Source of the DNA: Vicugna vicugna
Lineage: Eukaryota
Length of the DNA stretch: 64,000 bases
Reading direction: 5' to 3'
NCBI GenBank assembly: GCA_013265495.1
Contig: MU057597.1
Location: forward strand, 334,563-398,562
Below, in pieces: positions 25,340 through 37,994 of the stretch. Position 1 is the first letter of the stretch; every line of letters starts with the position of its first letter. The translations under genes and the position numbers were made by a program. The notes under the pieces are model-generated. The model made no database searches and was not told where the DNA came from. It was given only the letters and a program-made list of their open reading frames with translations.

Positions 25340-25430
25340 ATTTTTTTTTTCTTTTAATGGAGGTCTTGGGAATTAAACCCGGGACCTTGGGCTTGCTAAG
25401 CATATGCTCTACCACTAAGCTATACCCCCA
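25340..25430 (-). mobile_element. tRNA-derived SINE (Vic-1-like)
   Basis: ggaggtcttgggaattaaacccgggacc...actaagctatacccc. Confidence 0.8.
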
Positions 25431-26591
25431 AACCCCTGGTTCACATTTTAACTAATGTAATCACAACTTTAAAAGGCTCAGACTTTGGCAGAAACCTCCT
25501 GCAGCCTTGATTCCCCATAAAACTCTGGTCACCCAGCCAGGATCTTCATTCTAAAATCGTGGTCTCCCCGCTTTCCAGTATTGTTGATACCATAGCTGTG
25601 ATCTGTGTGTGTGTGTAAATGCATCCATCTCCTTTTGATGACCTTTTTCTGGTTTCTTCTTCTGGTTTGTGCTAAGATGATTATTTCACAGTTTCCGGGA
25701 ATGTTATATATGTGTTCACTGAACATATGTATAGAAATGGAACTTTTGGCATATTTAGTTGGACACATTACATATCAAATAGTGTAACAAATATAAAGCT
25801 ACTGTCTCTCTACAACATTTGAATCTTTTTCATTTCTCTCGCATACCCATAATATAATTTTCATAGTTAAAAATGGGCCAGTATCATGCTACTTGCTAAT
25901 AAACCAGTTCTTCTTTTCTCTCAAGGTCAGTATGTTAGGTGCAGGTGTGAATGATGCAGTTACAGTCACACAGACACACAGTCCCAGGCTGTGTTCCCAC
26001 GTGTGCGTGTGCCCCGTGGTCCACTCGGACCCTCTCTCTGTCCTGACCTTTCCTCACATGGCACGTGGATGTGGATGGAAACACTATTAGTTGTTAGCAC
26101 GTGTGAGTTGTTCTCTTGAACTTCCCAGTTTCCACAGCCTTCCCTCACCCATCCCTCCACCTTTCACATGACTCACACTGTAAAATGACCCGTATTCATC
26201 TATTGAGCACCTTTCTTAGGACATGACCCAAATCATTATGTGTAGCCATGATGACTCAGAGACCATTTTCAGGACGGACGGCTGAATAACTGTATTAGTT
26301 ACACAGCTCAACTTCTTGCATCTCCCTTGAAGGTTTCTTTCTAAACTCCTGATGTTTGTTGTCATATTATGTAATCTATACTGCTGGGGTGGGCGGTCAT
26401 GCTTAAGAGTATGTTTTCTCCATCTGCTGGTCCAGGGTCCCATCTTGGTTCAGTCACTAATTTCTGTGTCTATTGGGGTTTTATACGTAAGCCTGTGAAT
26501 CTGCTTCCCTTACTTGAAAAATCGTGATAATTTTCCTCATGCTTTTAAGAAAAAATTAGTACTGTTAGATGGCTTAGAACAGTGCGTTTTT

Positions 26592-26725
26592 GGGGGCAAG
26601 GGTATAGCTCAGCGGTAGAGTGCATGCCTGCCATGCCTGAGGTCCTGGGTTTAATCCCCAGTACCTCCATTTAAAAAAAAGAATATCTTAATTACCTCAA
26701 CCCCAAAAAAGATGGAAAAAAAAAA
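26592..26725 (+). mobile_element. tRNA-derived SINE (Vic-1-like)
   Basis: gggtatagctcagcggtagagtgcatgcc...gaggtcctgggtttaatccccagtacctcc. Confidence 0.85.
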
Positions 26726-27636
26726 GGATGGTGCATTTTTATAGTAGAGTCAAAAGTTACTGCTGTGTTAAAAGATATATTAATATTCTATCATGTTTAT
26801 TATGACATCCCTTTGTTTGCATTATAACTTGAATGCTTTGCTATTGCAATTTGATCTCAACAGCATTGTTTCTGACTGTATTAATAAATTTACAGATTGC
26901 TCACTCTTTTTTACATACATTTTGGAGCCAATGAACTGGATATTTCAGGGCACTGCATAAGTAGGGAATTACCCTACTTATTTGCTGTTATCTTAACTGC
27001 AGAATATTTTATTTATTAATATTTGATTTGACTTGCAGATGATGGTTTTTCAGAGTGTTATAGACTTCTTCATGGACATACTGTTGTATAGGAAGTATTT
27101 AGAAAAATATTTTAGATTTGAAAAGATTGTTTTGTCAGATTCATAATTTTCTCTATGCTTTGTTTCCCAGTTCTAAAATGCTACTCATTCAGATTATTCA
27201 TGAGATATGCTAATTTTGGACTATTTACTGTTACAATATATTGCCTGTTCTTTAGCATTTATTCATAATAAGTACACAAAATATAAATAGTATAATAATC
27301 TTCATCAGTTATGAGCCAGCAGTGTGTCTACACTTAATTGGTATGTGCTTGGGGTTATGATGGAAAAATACACTTTGAGCTAATGGAAATTTGTTTGAGT
27401 GTTTTTGTCATAGGTTATTTGAAGCTAGGGTGCCCTGAAATTATTAGAATTACCTCTGATCACTTTCTTTAGTAAAGATTCTTACTCCTTTTCTGTTCCT
27501 AAAATTTTTATAACGGTAGGTAGTTCCGTCACTCTGGTATAAATACTGGTTTTAGTGCACTGTCATGTATTTAACATGAAACACTTAGTTATGAATTGTA
27601 ATGTCTAGGATACTTACGGTTCTTTATATCTTGTAG

Positions 27637-28892
27637 ATATCTCTCATATACATCTGATCAAGAAATTACAGCTAAAATCAAATTCCAATAGAGGAGAACT
27701 GTTCCAAACGGTGTTGTTGGGAAGACATCAAAGGATTGAAATGAAACATTTTTACCTCAGGGTCATCCAGGAAGATATACCTGACTTTGAGTCACAGCAG
27801 AGAGATGAGTTAAAAAATGACAAAGGCATGCCTGTAACCCGTAATGAAAGTCTCACTGATGAGAGACACCAGCCTGGTACAAGTGTTGCAGGAATCAAGC
27901 CTCTTGAAAATACACTTGCGTTAAGCTTTTGGGATGAACTGCGTATTTTTAACGGTGAGGAGAACATCGATGAATTTGTTCAAGCTGACCAGAGAATCAG
28001 TAGTAGTGTCTTCTTTTCACCACTTGAAGAAATTTGTCCTAGTGTCCAGACCATTATTTCTAACACCTACGGGAGTGGTTTAATGCATCCTTTAATACTG
28101 ACACAAGGCCCGAGGGCTCACAGGGAAAGACCTTACCTGTCTGACGAGTGCGGCCAAACCTTTCAATGTAGTTCAAAACTTCGTAGACATCCATTAATCC
28201 ATCCAGGAGAGAAATTATGTATGTGTGATATATGTGGGAAAGTCTTTAGTCAGAATTCAAAACTTACAAGACATCAGAGAATTCATACTGGAGAGAAACC
28301 TTACAAATGCAATGAATGTGGCAAGGTCTTTAATCAGAAAGCAACCCTTGTAGGTCATCAGAGTGTTCACACTGGAGAGAAGCCTTACAAATGTATTGAG
28401 TGTGGCAAGGATTTTAGTCATAAAGGAAACCTTGCAAGTCATCAGAGACTTCATACTGGAGAGAAACCATACAAATGTAATCAGTGTGGCAAGGTCTTTA
28501 GTCATAAAGGAAACCTGGCAAGTCATCAGAAAATTCACAGTGGAGAGAGACCTTACAAATGTAATGAGTGTGGCAAGGTCTTTACTCATAAAACAACCCT
28601 GGCAAGTCATTGGAGACTTCATACTGGAGAGAAACCTTACCAATGTAGTGAGTGTGGGAAGGTATTTAGTCATAAAGGAAACCTGGCAAGTCATGAGAGA
28701 ATTCATACAGGAGAGAGACCTTACAAATGTAATGAATGTGGCAAAACCTTTCATCAGGCCTCACATCTCACAAAACATCAACCGATCCATACAAGAACAA
28801 AAGTATATAAGTGCGATGTATGTGGGAAAGTATTTCTTCAAGGTTCAAACTTTGCAGTTCATAAGAGAATTCATCCTGGAGAGAGACCTTAA
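27637..28892 (+). CDS. Gene A last coding exon: spacer, 1 degenerate and 8 intact C2H2 zinc fingers (KRAB-ZNF, about 465 aa spliced)
   Basis: The ttgtag|AT acceptor is phase 1 and in frame with ORF 27711-28892. TGEKP linkers. Spacer resembles the ZNF808/ZNF816/ZNF665-type subfamily. Confidence 0.93.
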
Positions 28893-28969
28893 CGACTTGA
28901 TTGCCTGGCCACCCAGGTTTGGGTGGCGTGTCTTCAGAGGTTCCCCATCCACACTGGGCGATCAAGGTA
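28893..28969. mobile_element. 77 bp inverted-repeat insertion flanked by TTAA (MITE-like or LTR remnant)
   Basis: TTAA at 28889-28892 and 28970-28973. Subterminal inverted repeat cttgattgcctgg / ctgggcgatcaag. The finger pattern resumes in frame after the insertion. Confidence 0.5.
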
Positions 28970-28973
28970 TTAA

Positions 28974-30640
28974 AAATGTATCTTCTGTGACCTAGGCTTT
29001 TATGAGAACTCAACCCCCTCTCAACCTCAGGTAATCCATACAAGAGAGAAGTTACATATGTGATATATGTGACAATGTCTTTGCTAGAAACTTGGTCTCT
29101 GCAATTCATCAGAGAATTCATACTGGAGAGAAATCTTTCATCACAGCTCAAACCTCAGGAATCTTTAGAGGAGAGAAATTACATAAATGTGATATATGTG
29201 GCAAAGCCTGTAGTTGAAATGCATACCTTGCAATTCACTCAGAGAATTCATACTAGAGAAAAATCTTACAAATGTATTGAGGGTGGCAGGACCTTTAGTC
29301 AAAAAGCAACCCTTGCAAGTCATCAGAATTCATAGTGAGGAGAGAAGCCTTTCAAAAAGGAAAGAGTATTGAAAAGCGTTTACTCAGATCTCAACCCTCA
29401 CTACACATCAGGGAATAGAAGCAAAAAGAAGCCATATTAATGTTGTGATACACCTGGGAAGGTCTTCATCCAAAATTCACTGTTTAAATTCCTGGGAGAT
29501 TCCTCATGGGGAGAAACCGTGCATGTATTATGAGTGAGGCAAACTGTTACTTAACACCAGGTAATCCAAACTGGTCATAGAAATGTATGCCTTGGTGTCT
29601 TCCGTCAAAATTCATATCTCAGGGTCCACAAACAACATTGCAAATCAACTATGCTTCAATTAAAAAAAAAGATCCACCAAAGAATTCATAGTGGAGGGAA
29701 AACTTATCAAATATAATGAGTGGGGCAAATCTTTCACTATACTTTGAAGCCTCACCTGTCATCAGGTAATCCGTATTGCTGAGTGACTTTTAAGGAAGGG
29801 ATTTAGCAAGAGTCCACATCTTTGGCTTCATTGGGAAGGTACCACTGTAGAGAAATGTGATAAATGTACGTAGTATGACCAAGCCTTTAGACAAGGAATT
29901 CATTCATCAAAGCATTCATTCTGGAGATTCCTTCACAGAGGCCGTAAATGGGAAAAGCCGTCACATGGGGCTCACTTCTCACCAGTCATCGCTTAGTGCA
30001 TGCTGGACAGAACATGGCACGTGGGCTGAATACGGCGATGTTTCACGTTGCTGCTCAGTGGTCACTGGATCCTGGGATATTTGTCTTGGAGAGAAACCGT
30101 AGAAATGCAGTGTGTGGCAAAGATTTTACCCAGAGATCACAGGATGGGAACATACGCAGTGATAACTTCCCCAGTGCAGTGAGAGTAGCAAAACCTTTCC
30201 TTGAGTTTAAGTTTTAAGCAACAGCAGAGTCCATTGAAGAGAAACCATAAAAATGCATGACTAGACGCTTTGTTCTGGCCTCACAATGCACTAGATTCCT
30301 CAGTATACACGTTTGAGAGAAACCACACAAAGCCCTATGTGTGCTAAGGCTGGTATCTGAAGATCAAGGCTCTGAAACAAGAGGATTTATTTTGCGGAGC
30401 AACGTTTCAGGGGTAGTGAATGTTGTAAAATTTTCCATCCAGTAGCCACATGTTCAGTGTCAATGAGAGAATTCATACAGGTCAGAAACTATAGGGATAT
30501 ATGGAACATGGAAACAAATTGACAGCGCATCCTTGGGGTTCACTGGGGAGAATCCTTACAAGTGTAATGAGTTAGGTAAGTTTTTTGAGCAGTTCTTACA
30601 ATAGACTACGTACCAGAGGATCCATACTAGGAAGAAATAA
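28974..30640 (+). other. Decayed zinc-finger repeats in the gene A 3' UTR
   Basis: Repeated cagagaattcatactggagagaaa / aaatgt...tgtggcaa remnants with stops and frameshifts. Confidence 0.85.
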
Positions 30641-31402
30641 GCCTTTGGTTTTGCAGGATTAATCTGAGATATACTGCAGAATCATTGCACGTCACAACAT
30701 GTTCAAAGTGATGACATGGTGTGTATATGGCAATTGTTGGACTTTTCTTGAAAAGGCTACAGTACTATTAATGCTTTTCACCCTGAAGTTTGAGGTCAGT
30801 TGATCTTCAGTACAGGCCTTTCATCATGATCCCAGGGAAGGACCTGGTAAGATGAGGGGGGCCAACTTCATTAGATGTGGTTCACTCACATCCATGTTCC
30901 GTATAAAAATAAGGACTCTATGAATTATCCAGTTCAGTAGTGTGTGAATTAGCAACTGGGAGGGGCAGGGAAGCTGTAAAACTGAAGTGACTCATCATAC
31001 CTATTATGTACAGGTTGCTTGTCTGTAGGTGGATCACAGTAGGTTATAGGACAGAATGCTCTATCAGCTTACTGTGATCGGAGCAGCAAGGACATTAAAA
31101 TGACTGGTCTTTTCCTTGGAGGAAAGTGATAGATTCCTCGGGACTGAATATGTGGTAGTAATAGTGCACTGGAAGAGTTGGTCACTTTCTGCATTGCATG
31201 GGAGAGGAGGTTGTAGATACCTATATTTAATGAAAAATTAGTCTTATTCTTGGATATTGAGGGGAGAGCAGTTACCATGAGAGGAAAACGTAGTGAAAAG
31301 TACCAGAATTGTGTGTGTATGTGTAGGATTCACATTTAACTGCTGCCATGACATTTTGCTACGGTTTCATTCCGAATGTATCTTAAGTCTCTTGTTTTAA
31401 TT

Positions 31403-31408
31403 AATAAA
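31403..31408 (+). terminator. Candidate polyadenylation signal of gene A
   Basis: AATAAA at the end of the paralog-conserved 3' UTR, followed by T/GT-rich sequence. Confidence 0.45.
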
Positions 31409-31680
31409 ATTGAATTATTTTTCATAATGATGGATAAATTATGTACTTCCACCAACACAGTTTTATTCTGTCTGGGTCCTTTATAACGGAAGTTAACAGT
31501 GCACTTTTAGGCTCTCAGGATTGAAATAATCTGTAACTATTTCTTTCCATGATGGAATCAAAAACCATACAATTTGGAGATTAAATACTCATAATCTGTC
31601 CTTGAGTTTTTATCTCCAACTCTGGAATATTTGTGGCTTTAATGAAAGTACCATAGAATTGCATTTCAGACTCTGTCTTC

Positions 31681-32790
31681 TGTCAAAGTACACCCCCCTA
31701 AACAAACAAAAACCCAAGCCCAAAAAACTAGTAAATTTAAAGATCTAATTGGCTTTCTTGAATCATGGAAGGGGCTGGAAGGGGCTGAATCGGGCTGTAT
31801 CTCATCCAGTAAATAAAGAGGTGTTCAAAGGAGCTGTACAACATAAAATGCTTTTATAGGTAGAAACTAGGCAGGATAAGAAAGTTAATACCAAGAGAAA
31901 AAAATTCTTTTTGGCAAGGTTACCTTTTGCTGAGGGCCAGAGGACATAGGTCTTGTCCAGTCCATGACCTCTGTTGTGTCCAGGGAGTTCCAGAGTGATT
32001 GCTTTAAGGTCACATTCCTGGGAGGGGTGTGACTGCAAGTAAGTCTTGATTTGCTGTCCTGGGGGCAAACAACTCTGCCCTGGGACTTTTTTTTTTAAGT
32101 GCTCCTTAAAACCTGCTCCCCATTCATGAATATGCAATACAGGAATGTAGTTCTTCATTTTCTTAATTGTGCCAAAAGAATACCCATGGTATGCACCTGG
32201 ATTTACCTGATGGGAAAATCAGACTGTGGGACCTTCCTGAGTCCAAAATCCCCTCTGTGTCCCATTTCTTGTGTGTAGAAAGAAGGCTTTGGTCTTCTAG
32301 GCCTCTCCTGAGTTCCAAAGAGCAGGCTCAATAGTTAAGGATCAGAAGAATAGAGTCAAAGGACTCCTAGGCCCTCCTGAAGGGATATAGGTAACAATCT
32401 GAAGCATATCTTTTTGAGTTGTTCTGCAAAAACTTAAGACCCTTTCACCAAGTGAGGATGGGGGTGTTGACTGAAAAAAAAAAAAAAAAGAACTGACACC
32501 TGTGAGTTCTGTTTCATTTGGGGCATACTGAAGACTACACCCAGGAGACAGCCTCCCAGATAGCTCTGAGGAACTGCTGGGAAGAGATGGCGAGAGAGGT
32601 CAGTCTGCGTATGATTTTGGTGAAGGGGCATACGTACAATGAAGCACATGTTTTGGCAGAAGGTTGCTGCTGTTGGCTAGAAAGTTTCTGGTAGTCACAA
32701 GGACCAGATGTCTCCATTAGTGATTTTAGATCTTTCCTAGATAAGAGAAGATACAAGACATTGGATTCATAAAATCTTACCAACATCGCT
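31681..32790. mobile_element. Cluster of ERV LTR fragments (about 31681-32180, 32210-32465, 32465-32790)
   Basis: LTR-like texts with TG starts (tgtcaaag...aaatttaaagatctaattggcttt; tgttgactgaaaaaa...ggagacagcctcccagatagctctgaggaactgct). Family from recall only. Confidence 0.5.
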
Positions 32791-34199
32791 AGTTAGAAAT
32801 ATTGTATAATAACAGAGTAACGTACCTAACAAAGTTCACTAAGTTTATCCAAGTTACTGCGTCTTTTTAAAAATGTGGTATATTTTCTTATATTCACATG
32901 TATGCTACACTAGGAAATTCTGCTTTAACTGGAAAATATTTTAAATGTGCTAATTTCCTTATCTAAACGTCATGTTTCCATGGATTCCCACATCTCTATG
33001 GATGAAATGTTTCACATGTGATGTGATAAAATATACTTCATAGTAAACGTTAGCTGACAGTTATTGTCATAAAAATATTGAAGGTTGAAATGAAGTTCTT
33101 GTGTATTTGACAATCAATTGTCACTTTCTTTAGGGCCCATATTAAAGAGATTGTACCTCCCTACTAAATGCCCTTAGAAATATTGCAACTTAATTATTCT
33201 TGAGATGGAAATAAATCCCAATATCTTCTGAAGACTATGTATTTTACAGGCTCTGTTATTTATACTTGACAGAACATTCAGAATTGAAAAACAAAAAGCT
33301 AAAATATATTACAACTTGAAAATTAAAAGTGAGACTTTCTAATTACCCTCATAACAAACATAGTCAACTTGAAATTACATTGTGTTTAGTTATTATATAC
33401 TTCTGTATAATTTCATAAACAAGTTTCTGTGAAAGATATTTAAAAGTAATTCTAACAAGTGTGGGATAGCGCAAGCATTTTAAAGAGTAACGGAGATAAA
33501 ATTTTTGTTTTTTGCTTTCTGGGTTATCTATATGAGATAATGATGCTGACTAAGTTATTACAGTAATTATGTCAACGTATGTTTAAGTCAACATTATGCT
33601 GTACACCTTCAACTCACATTGATGTATGTCAAATACATCTCTAAAACTGGGTGGGGTATTGTGGTTTTAAAAGACAAAACACTTCGGCAAAGAGAAAGTA
33701 CAACGCAATTTATGACAGTTAAAAATATGCATTTTAAAAAAATAAATGGTTAGTGACGTATTATCACATGCCTTAGTCCTCCACAGACCCCAGGTTTTGT
33801 CCCTGAGTCTCTGGAACTGGCCGCTGTTGAGGTGGCCTCCGGGCCGAATGAGGAATAGAAAGGAAAAGCTGTTCTGTGCGGTGTCAGTATGAAATGGCCT
33901 ATTCTAATCAGGGAGAGTTTTGTATTTCTCATTCTAGTTCATAATACAGAGTCAAGTCCAGCTCTAGTTTCTTTAAGCTGCTTAAGTTAATTCTAATTAC
34001 AAGAAATGTTCCCGGATCCAGCACCGGCCCACAGCGACCACCTGCAGACCCACGTTCCAAAACCACTGAATTGCTTGAGCCTCACGAGTAGGACCTGCGA
34101 GGTACCTGCTGGCAAAAACAACTTTTTATTCAAACCATTTTAAATTGTTAGAAGGAAACATCTAGTTTCCACACGACTATAAGCTTTTACCTTAAAACT

Positions 34200-35000
34200 C
34201 TTCCCGACAGTAGCTTGAAACAAGTAGTTTCAAGTTACGGGGAAGCACCATTCCCTCCCCGCCCTCCGCTCCGCCCCCCGGCGCTTCCTCGCCCCGCCCC
34301 CGCCAGGAGCGGCCCGCCCTCGGAAGTCCCGCCTCTAACCGCGCGCGCAGTTTCTTATGGAACCGGAAGTAGGGAATGTGGAGTGAAGGTCGAGCTGCGG
34401 AGGGTAAGTTTCTCGTTTCTCGTATACATCTGTCCTGCGCGGTCCCCCTTCCTTTATTTTCAGGCTGTGGGAGCCACAGCGGACGTAAAGTCCTAGTACC
34501 CGGCCCTCCGGCCACGTAAGATCGGATGGCGCCGCTCCAGGTCGGGGATCTTTTCTTTTGGGTCTGAAACCGTTCTGAGGCTGGTTCCTGGCCTTGGCTT
34601 TTCTGCCTTCGTCACGGAGACACCGCCTTTCGTGATATTTTCCCTCATAAAAACCTTCGTTCCCTCTGCTACCCCCTTCCCCCCATGTAACGTCCTCTTG
34701 CACGAGGTGGACTTGCGTCCCCAGCCTCGCCCTCTCGGCCCCTGGAGGGCAGCGCCGGCCGCCCCTTTCTCGTGAGGCCGCGTCCTCTCCCGGGTCCCGG
34801 GATTCTGGGGAGCCCGGCCCTCTCCTGAGACCCCCTGCCTCCCAGTCCCTCTGTCCCGCGTCCTCTTCAGGCTGGTCCTTCCGCTCCGCGGGCCTCTCCT
34901 CGGTAGTCGGCCCTTCCTCCACCCCGCGTAGGGGGAGGTGACCTGAGTGTGACACTCAGTGTTGTTACGTTCCAAATTCCACCCCTCTGGAAGACGGCCT
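34200..35000 (+). promoter_or_regulatory. CpG-island promoter and non-coding exon 1 of gene B (donor after 34403)
   Basis: GC boxes, CGGAAGT at 34321 and CCGGAAGT at 34363, and a strong donor AGG|GTAAGT at 34403/34404. Confidence 0.8.
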
Positions 35001-35614
35001 ATTCCTGTAGGAGGGGGCCTTATTCTGTCTCCATCCCTGTAAATACGTGGGCGAGGAGGTTCAGGAGAAGCAGAGACAGAAAGCGACAGAGAGAAACAGA
35101 AACACTGAGGAGGAAGAATGAGGGAGAACCAAGGGGAATGTAGAGGATGGCTGAGGATCTTGCAGAGAGACAGTAAAATAAGAGAGTTTAAGCCTTAAAA
35201 GTAGTAGGTAAGTGAAACAGAGAAGTGAATAAAAAAGCCGGATCCCCAGGGATTGAAGAGAAACGTAGGGAGCGGGCCCCTGCATCAGCGGTGGGAGGCG
35301 GAGTAACGGTTGTGAGGTACTTCACACAGAGAGTGGGGGCGAGGAGGATGAAAGAGGTGGAACCGTGACCTTGAGAGTATCACGGTGCTGGGAGAGAAGG
35401 AGAGGAAAACTGTTGACTAGAAGAGCAGAGGAAAAGAGCAGGAAGGAAGCATAGGCACCTGGAGTGCCAGAGGAAGGGAGGGAAGATGGAAGAAAAGGCG
35501 TGTAACTCGGAGGGCAGAGGGCAGCAGTGATGGGGGAAGAAAGAGGCAGAAATAACGTGGAGATTTAGGGCAGTCAGAAACGTTGTAGGAGGAGAAGCAT
35601 GAAGAAGGGGAAGA

Positions 35615-35745
35615 GGAGTAGGGTATGCAGCTCAGTGGTAGAGAGTGTTTTGCATGCATGAGGTCCTGGGTTCAATCCTTCGTACCTCCATGAAGATGAA
35701 TAAAGAAATAAACCTAATCCCCCCCATAGTAAAAAAAAAAAAAGA
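35615..35745 (+). mobile_element. tRNA-derived SINE (Vic-1-like)
   Basis: agctcagtggtagagagtg...gaggtcctgggttcaatcc...aaacctaatccccccc with a poly-A tail. Confidence 0.8.
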
Positions 35746-37994
35746 AGAAGAAGGGGAAGAAGTTGCAGAGTAGGACAGGACAGGAGTGAGGGAAGAAACA
35801 GAGGGGAGGGCAGACACAGCAGGAGAGTGGAGGGGAACAAAAGAGACAAATAAATAGGGAAAGAGATAACAGAATGAAATGGAAACACATAGCAGTGCAA
35901 GTGGAGGGGGAAACTGGATCCAGTGATGAGTTCTTAAGTTGTGATACACTGATTTGTGTTTTTAGAATCGATACATTTAAAGTTTGTTTGCTTAAATTAT
36001 ATAGATGAGGATGAGAACTGTAGGACTGTCTGTAAGGTTTGTGTATTTTGTAATTACTTGTATGAGAAAATAACCTCTATTTGCAATTCCTGTTCAGCCA
36101 GGGAACAGTGTGTTGACTTAGACAGTTGTGGTTCTCCCCGTATATTTCCTGACACAGGGTAGACAATTAGGGAAGAAATGGCGATTCTGTCACCACATTT
36201 AATTCTTTTTGTAGCTTTGAGTAAATCTCAGTGCATTCAATTTCTTCTTCCCTGTAAATAATTATTAGCTTCTGAACTAAGTTTTGTATTCTACTTGTGA
36301 TTCTTTCCTAAAAATTTTATGTCCTCAATTTTTTTTTAAACTTTGACACCAGAATTTTTAGGTTAAAAATAATTCACAGGTTACTTCTTTTTATTGATTC
36401 AGATTCATATGATGCCTGTGTCCTTTCCCTCTTTATCTTATACATTGGAAACGTTCTTTGGTAAGTAGTAAATAATTTTAGACCATTTTGATGAGTACTT
36501 GGTAAATATGTCAATGATCATTTATGTTAACAGTCAAAAGTTAGTTTAGCTAGTTAGTCTTATATTTAGTTTTTTTTCCCCCTGTGTGTGACCTGTTAAA
36601 ATAGTGAGCTGTGAGGTGACATAAAAATGTTCTCTCAGATCCCTCTTGATGATCTTTGCAAATGGTGGAGGATGGGCTGGGTTGACTTGGAAGCGTCTTC
36701 CAACAGAGCCCACCTGTTCATGATGAAGTTTGCTCAGAGCTTATTTCTAAGCTGACCCTTTTCAGTGTTTTCTGCACCAACAACTTTATTTTCCCAATTC
36801 AGTATTTTTAAGTTATTTTACTATAATTTTTTTGGAGAAGAATTAAATGCTTGGTGTCAATGTGATCAGATCTTGAAACAGTAGTTTCCTTTGCTCAGGC
36901 ACAGGAACGATGGTTCTGGTGTTTTAAGTTCCAAGCAGGATAAGAACAGACTCTGCCCGCTGGCCTTCTAGGTGACCGTTCCAGTGTTTAGTTACACCCG
37001 GGTCTATTCACGCAACCTGGACTATCTCATAAACGTGTCCCCTCCGGGTCTCAGGGAGCCTACTTGTAACAAGGAAATGAGCGACTAGACTGGAAACTCT
37101 GAATACGAGCAACATCGACCCCTGAAATGTTCGTTGGGAGTGGGTGTATGTCTGTGTGTGGCAGGTCTTTTTGCAGAGAGTCTCCAGGTATATTTAGAAT
37201 TTTAACTGGGTCCCAGTCCTCCCAGAATGAAAAAGTAAAACAAATGCTAGGATGGAGACAGTAAAAGTGGCCATAGTCAGATGTATTTCTCTGCATTAAG
37301 TCTAATTTGAGGAGAGTTTTTATCAGTCCTGGCACTCAGACCTCCACTGGCTCTTATTTGTGCTCAGGACCAAATCCCTACTCCTTACTGGCTCCACAGC
37401 CCTGTGTCATCCTCTGGGCCCTACCAGTGTCTCCACCTCATCCTGGGAGCTTACCCTGTTCTCAGGGATCACTCTGCCCTGGCCACAGTCACCTTTGCTC
37501 TGTTTTCAAACACTGAAACCTGTTCTGTCTGAGATCTCAGTTCCTGTTCTTACCTTTTGTCTTTGAGTCACCATGGCTCAAACCCTTTGTCCTCCTTCAG
37601 GTCTTAGGTCAGATAGGTCTCCCCGTCCCCTCCTGACACTGTCTTTCACCCTCACCAGATTTTATTGCCTCTGTATTAATCAGTCACCTTCATCAGAAGA
37701 GCCCTTCTCCGTGGATTATTTGGAGCCTTTCCCATTCTCCCCCCATTGAAGGTGTTCCTCTTCCTTCCAGGATGGCCACAGCACCTCACTCTGGGGAGGT
37801 GATTAGATGCTGGGGCTGTGGGTTGGGCCGAACGGTCCTCAGGGGAGACCAAGGGAACAGGGTAGGTGATGCGAATGGTTCCCATATTTGTTCTGGACGT
37901 TTCAGCTCTCATTGATCCTTACCCCGTGTGGCTACTGAATTGCTAAAAAGAAGACTCAAAGATGTCCTAAAGACTCAAAGGGAGTCCTAAAAGT

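Noticed and set aside
28134..28890. Regular 84 bp repeat with variable cores, superficially CRISPR-like
   Set aside because: It is the coding zinc-finger array in eukaryotic DNA.
28257..28995. Repetitive ORFs (TLERNLTNVM..., MKSLMTC...) overlapping the ZF exons, also at 53052-53422
   Set aside because: These are shadow frames of the 84 bp C2H2 repeat.
34192..34975. Long GC-rich ORFs over the promoters (also 9776-10389 and 60774-61295)
   Set aside because: Stop-poor CpG-island sequence. The frames are not conserved among the three paralogs.
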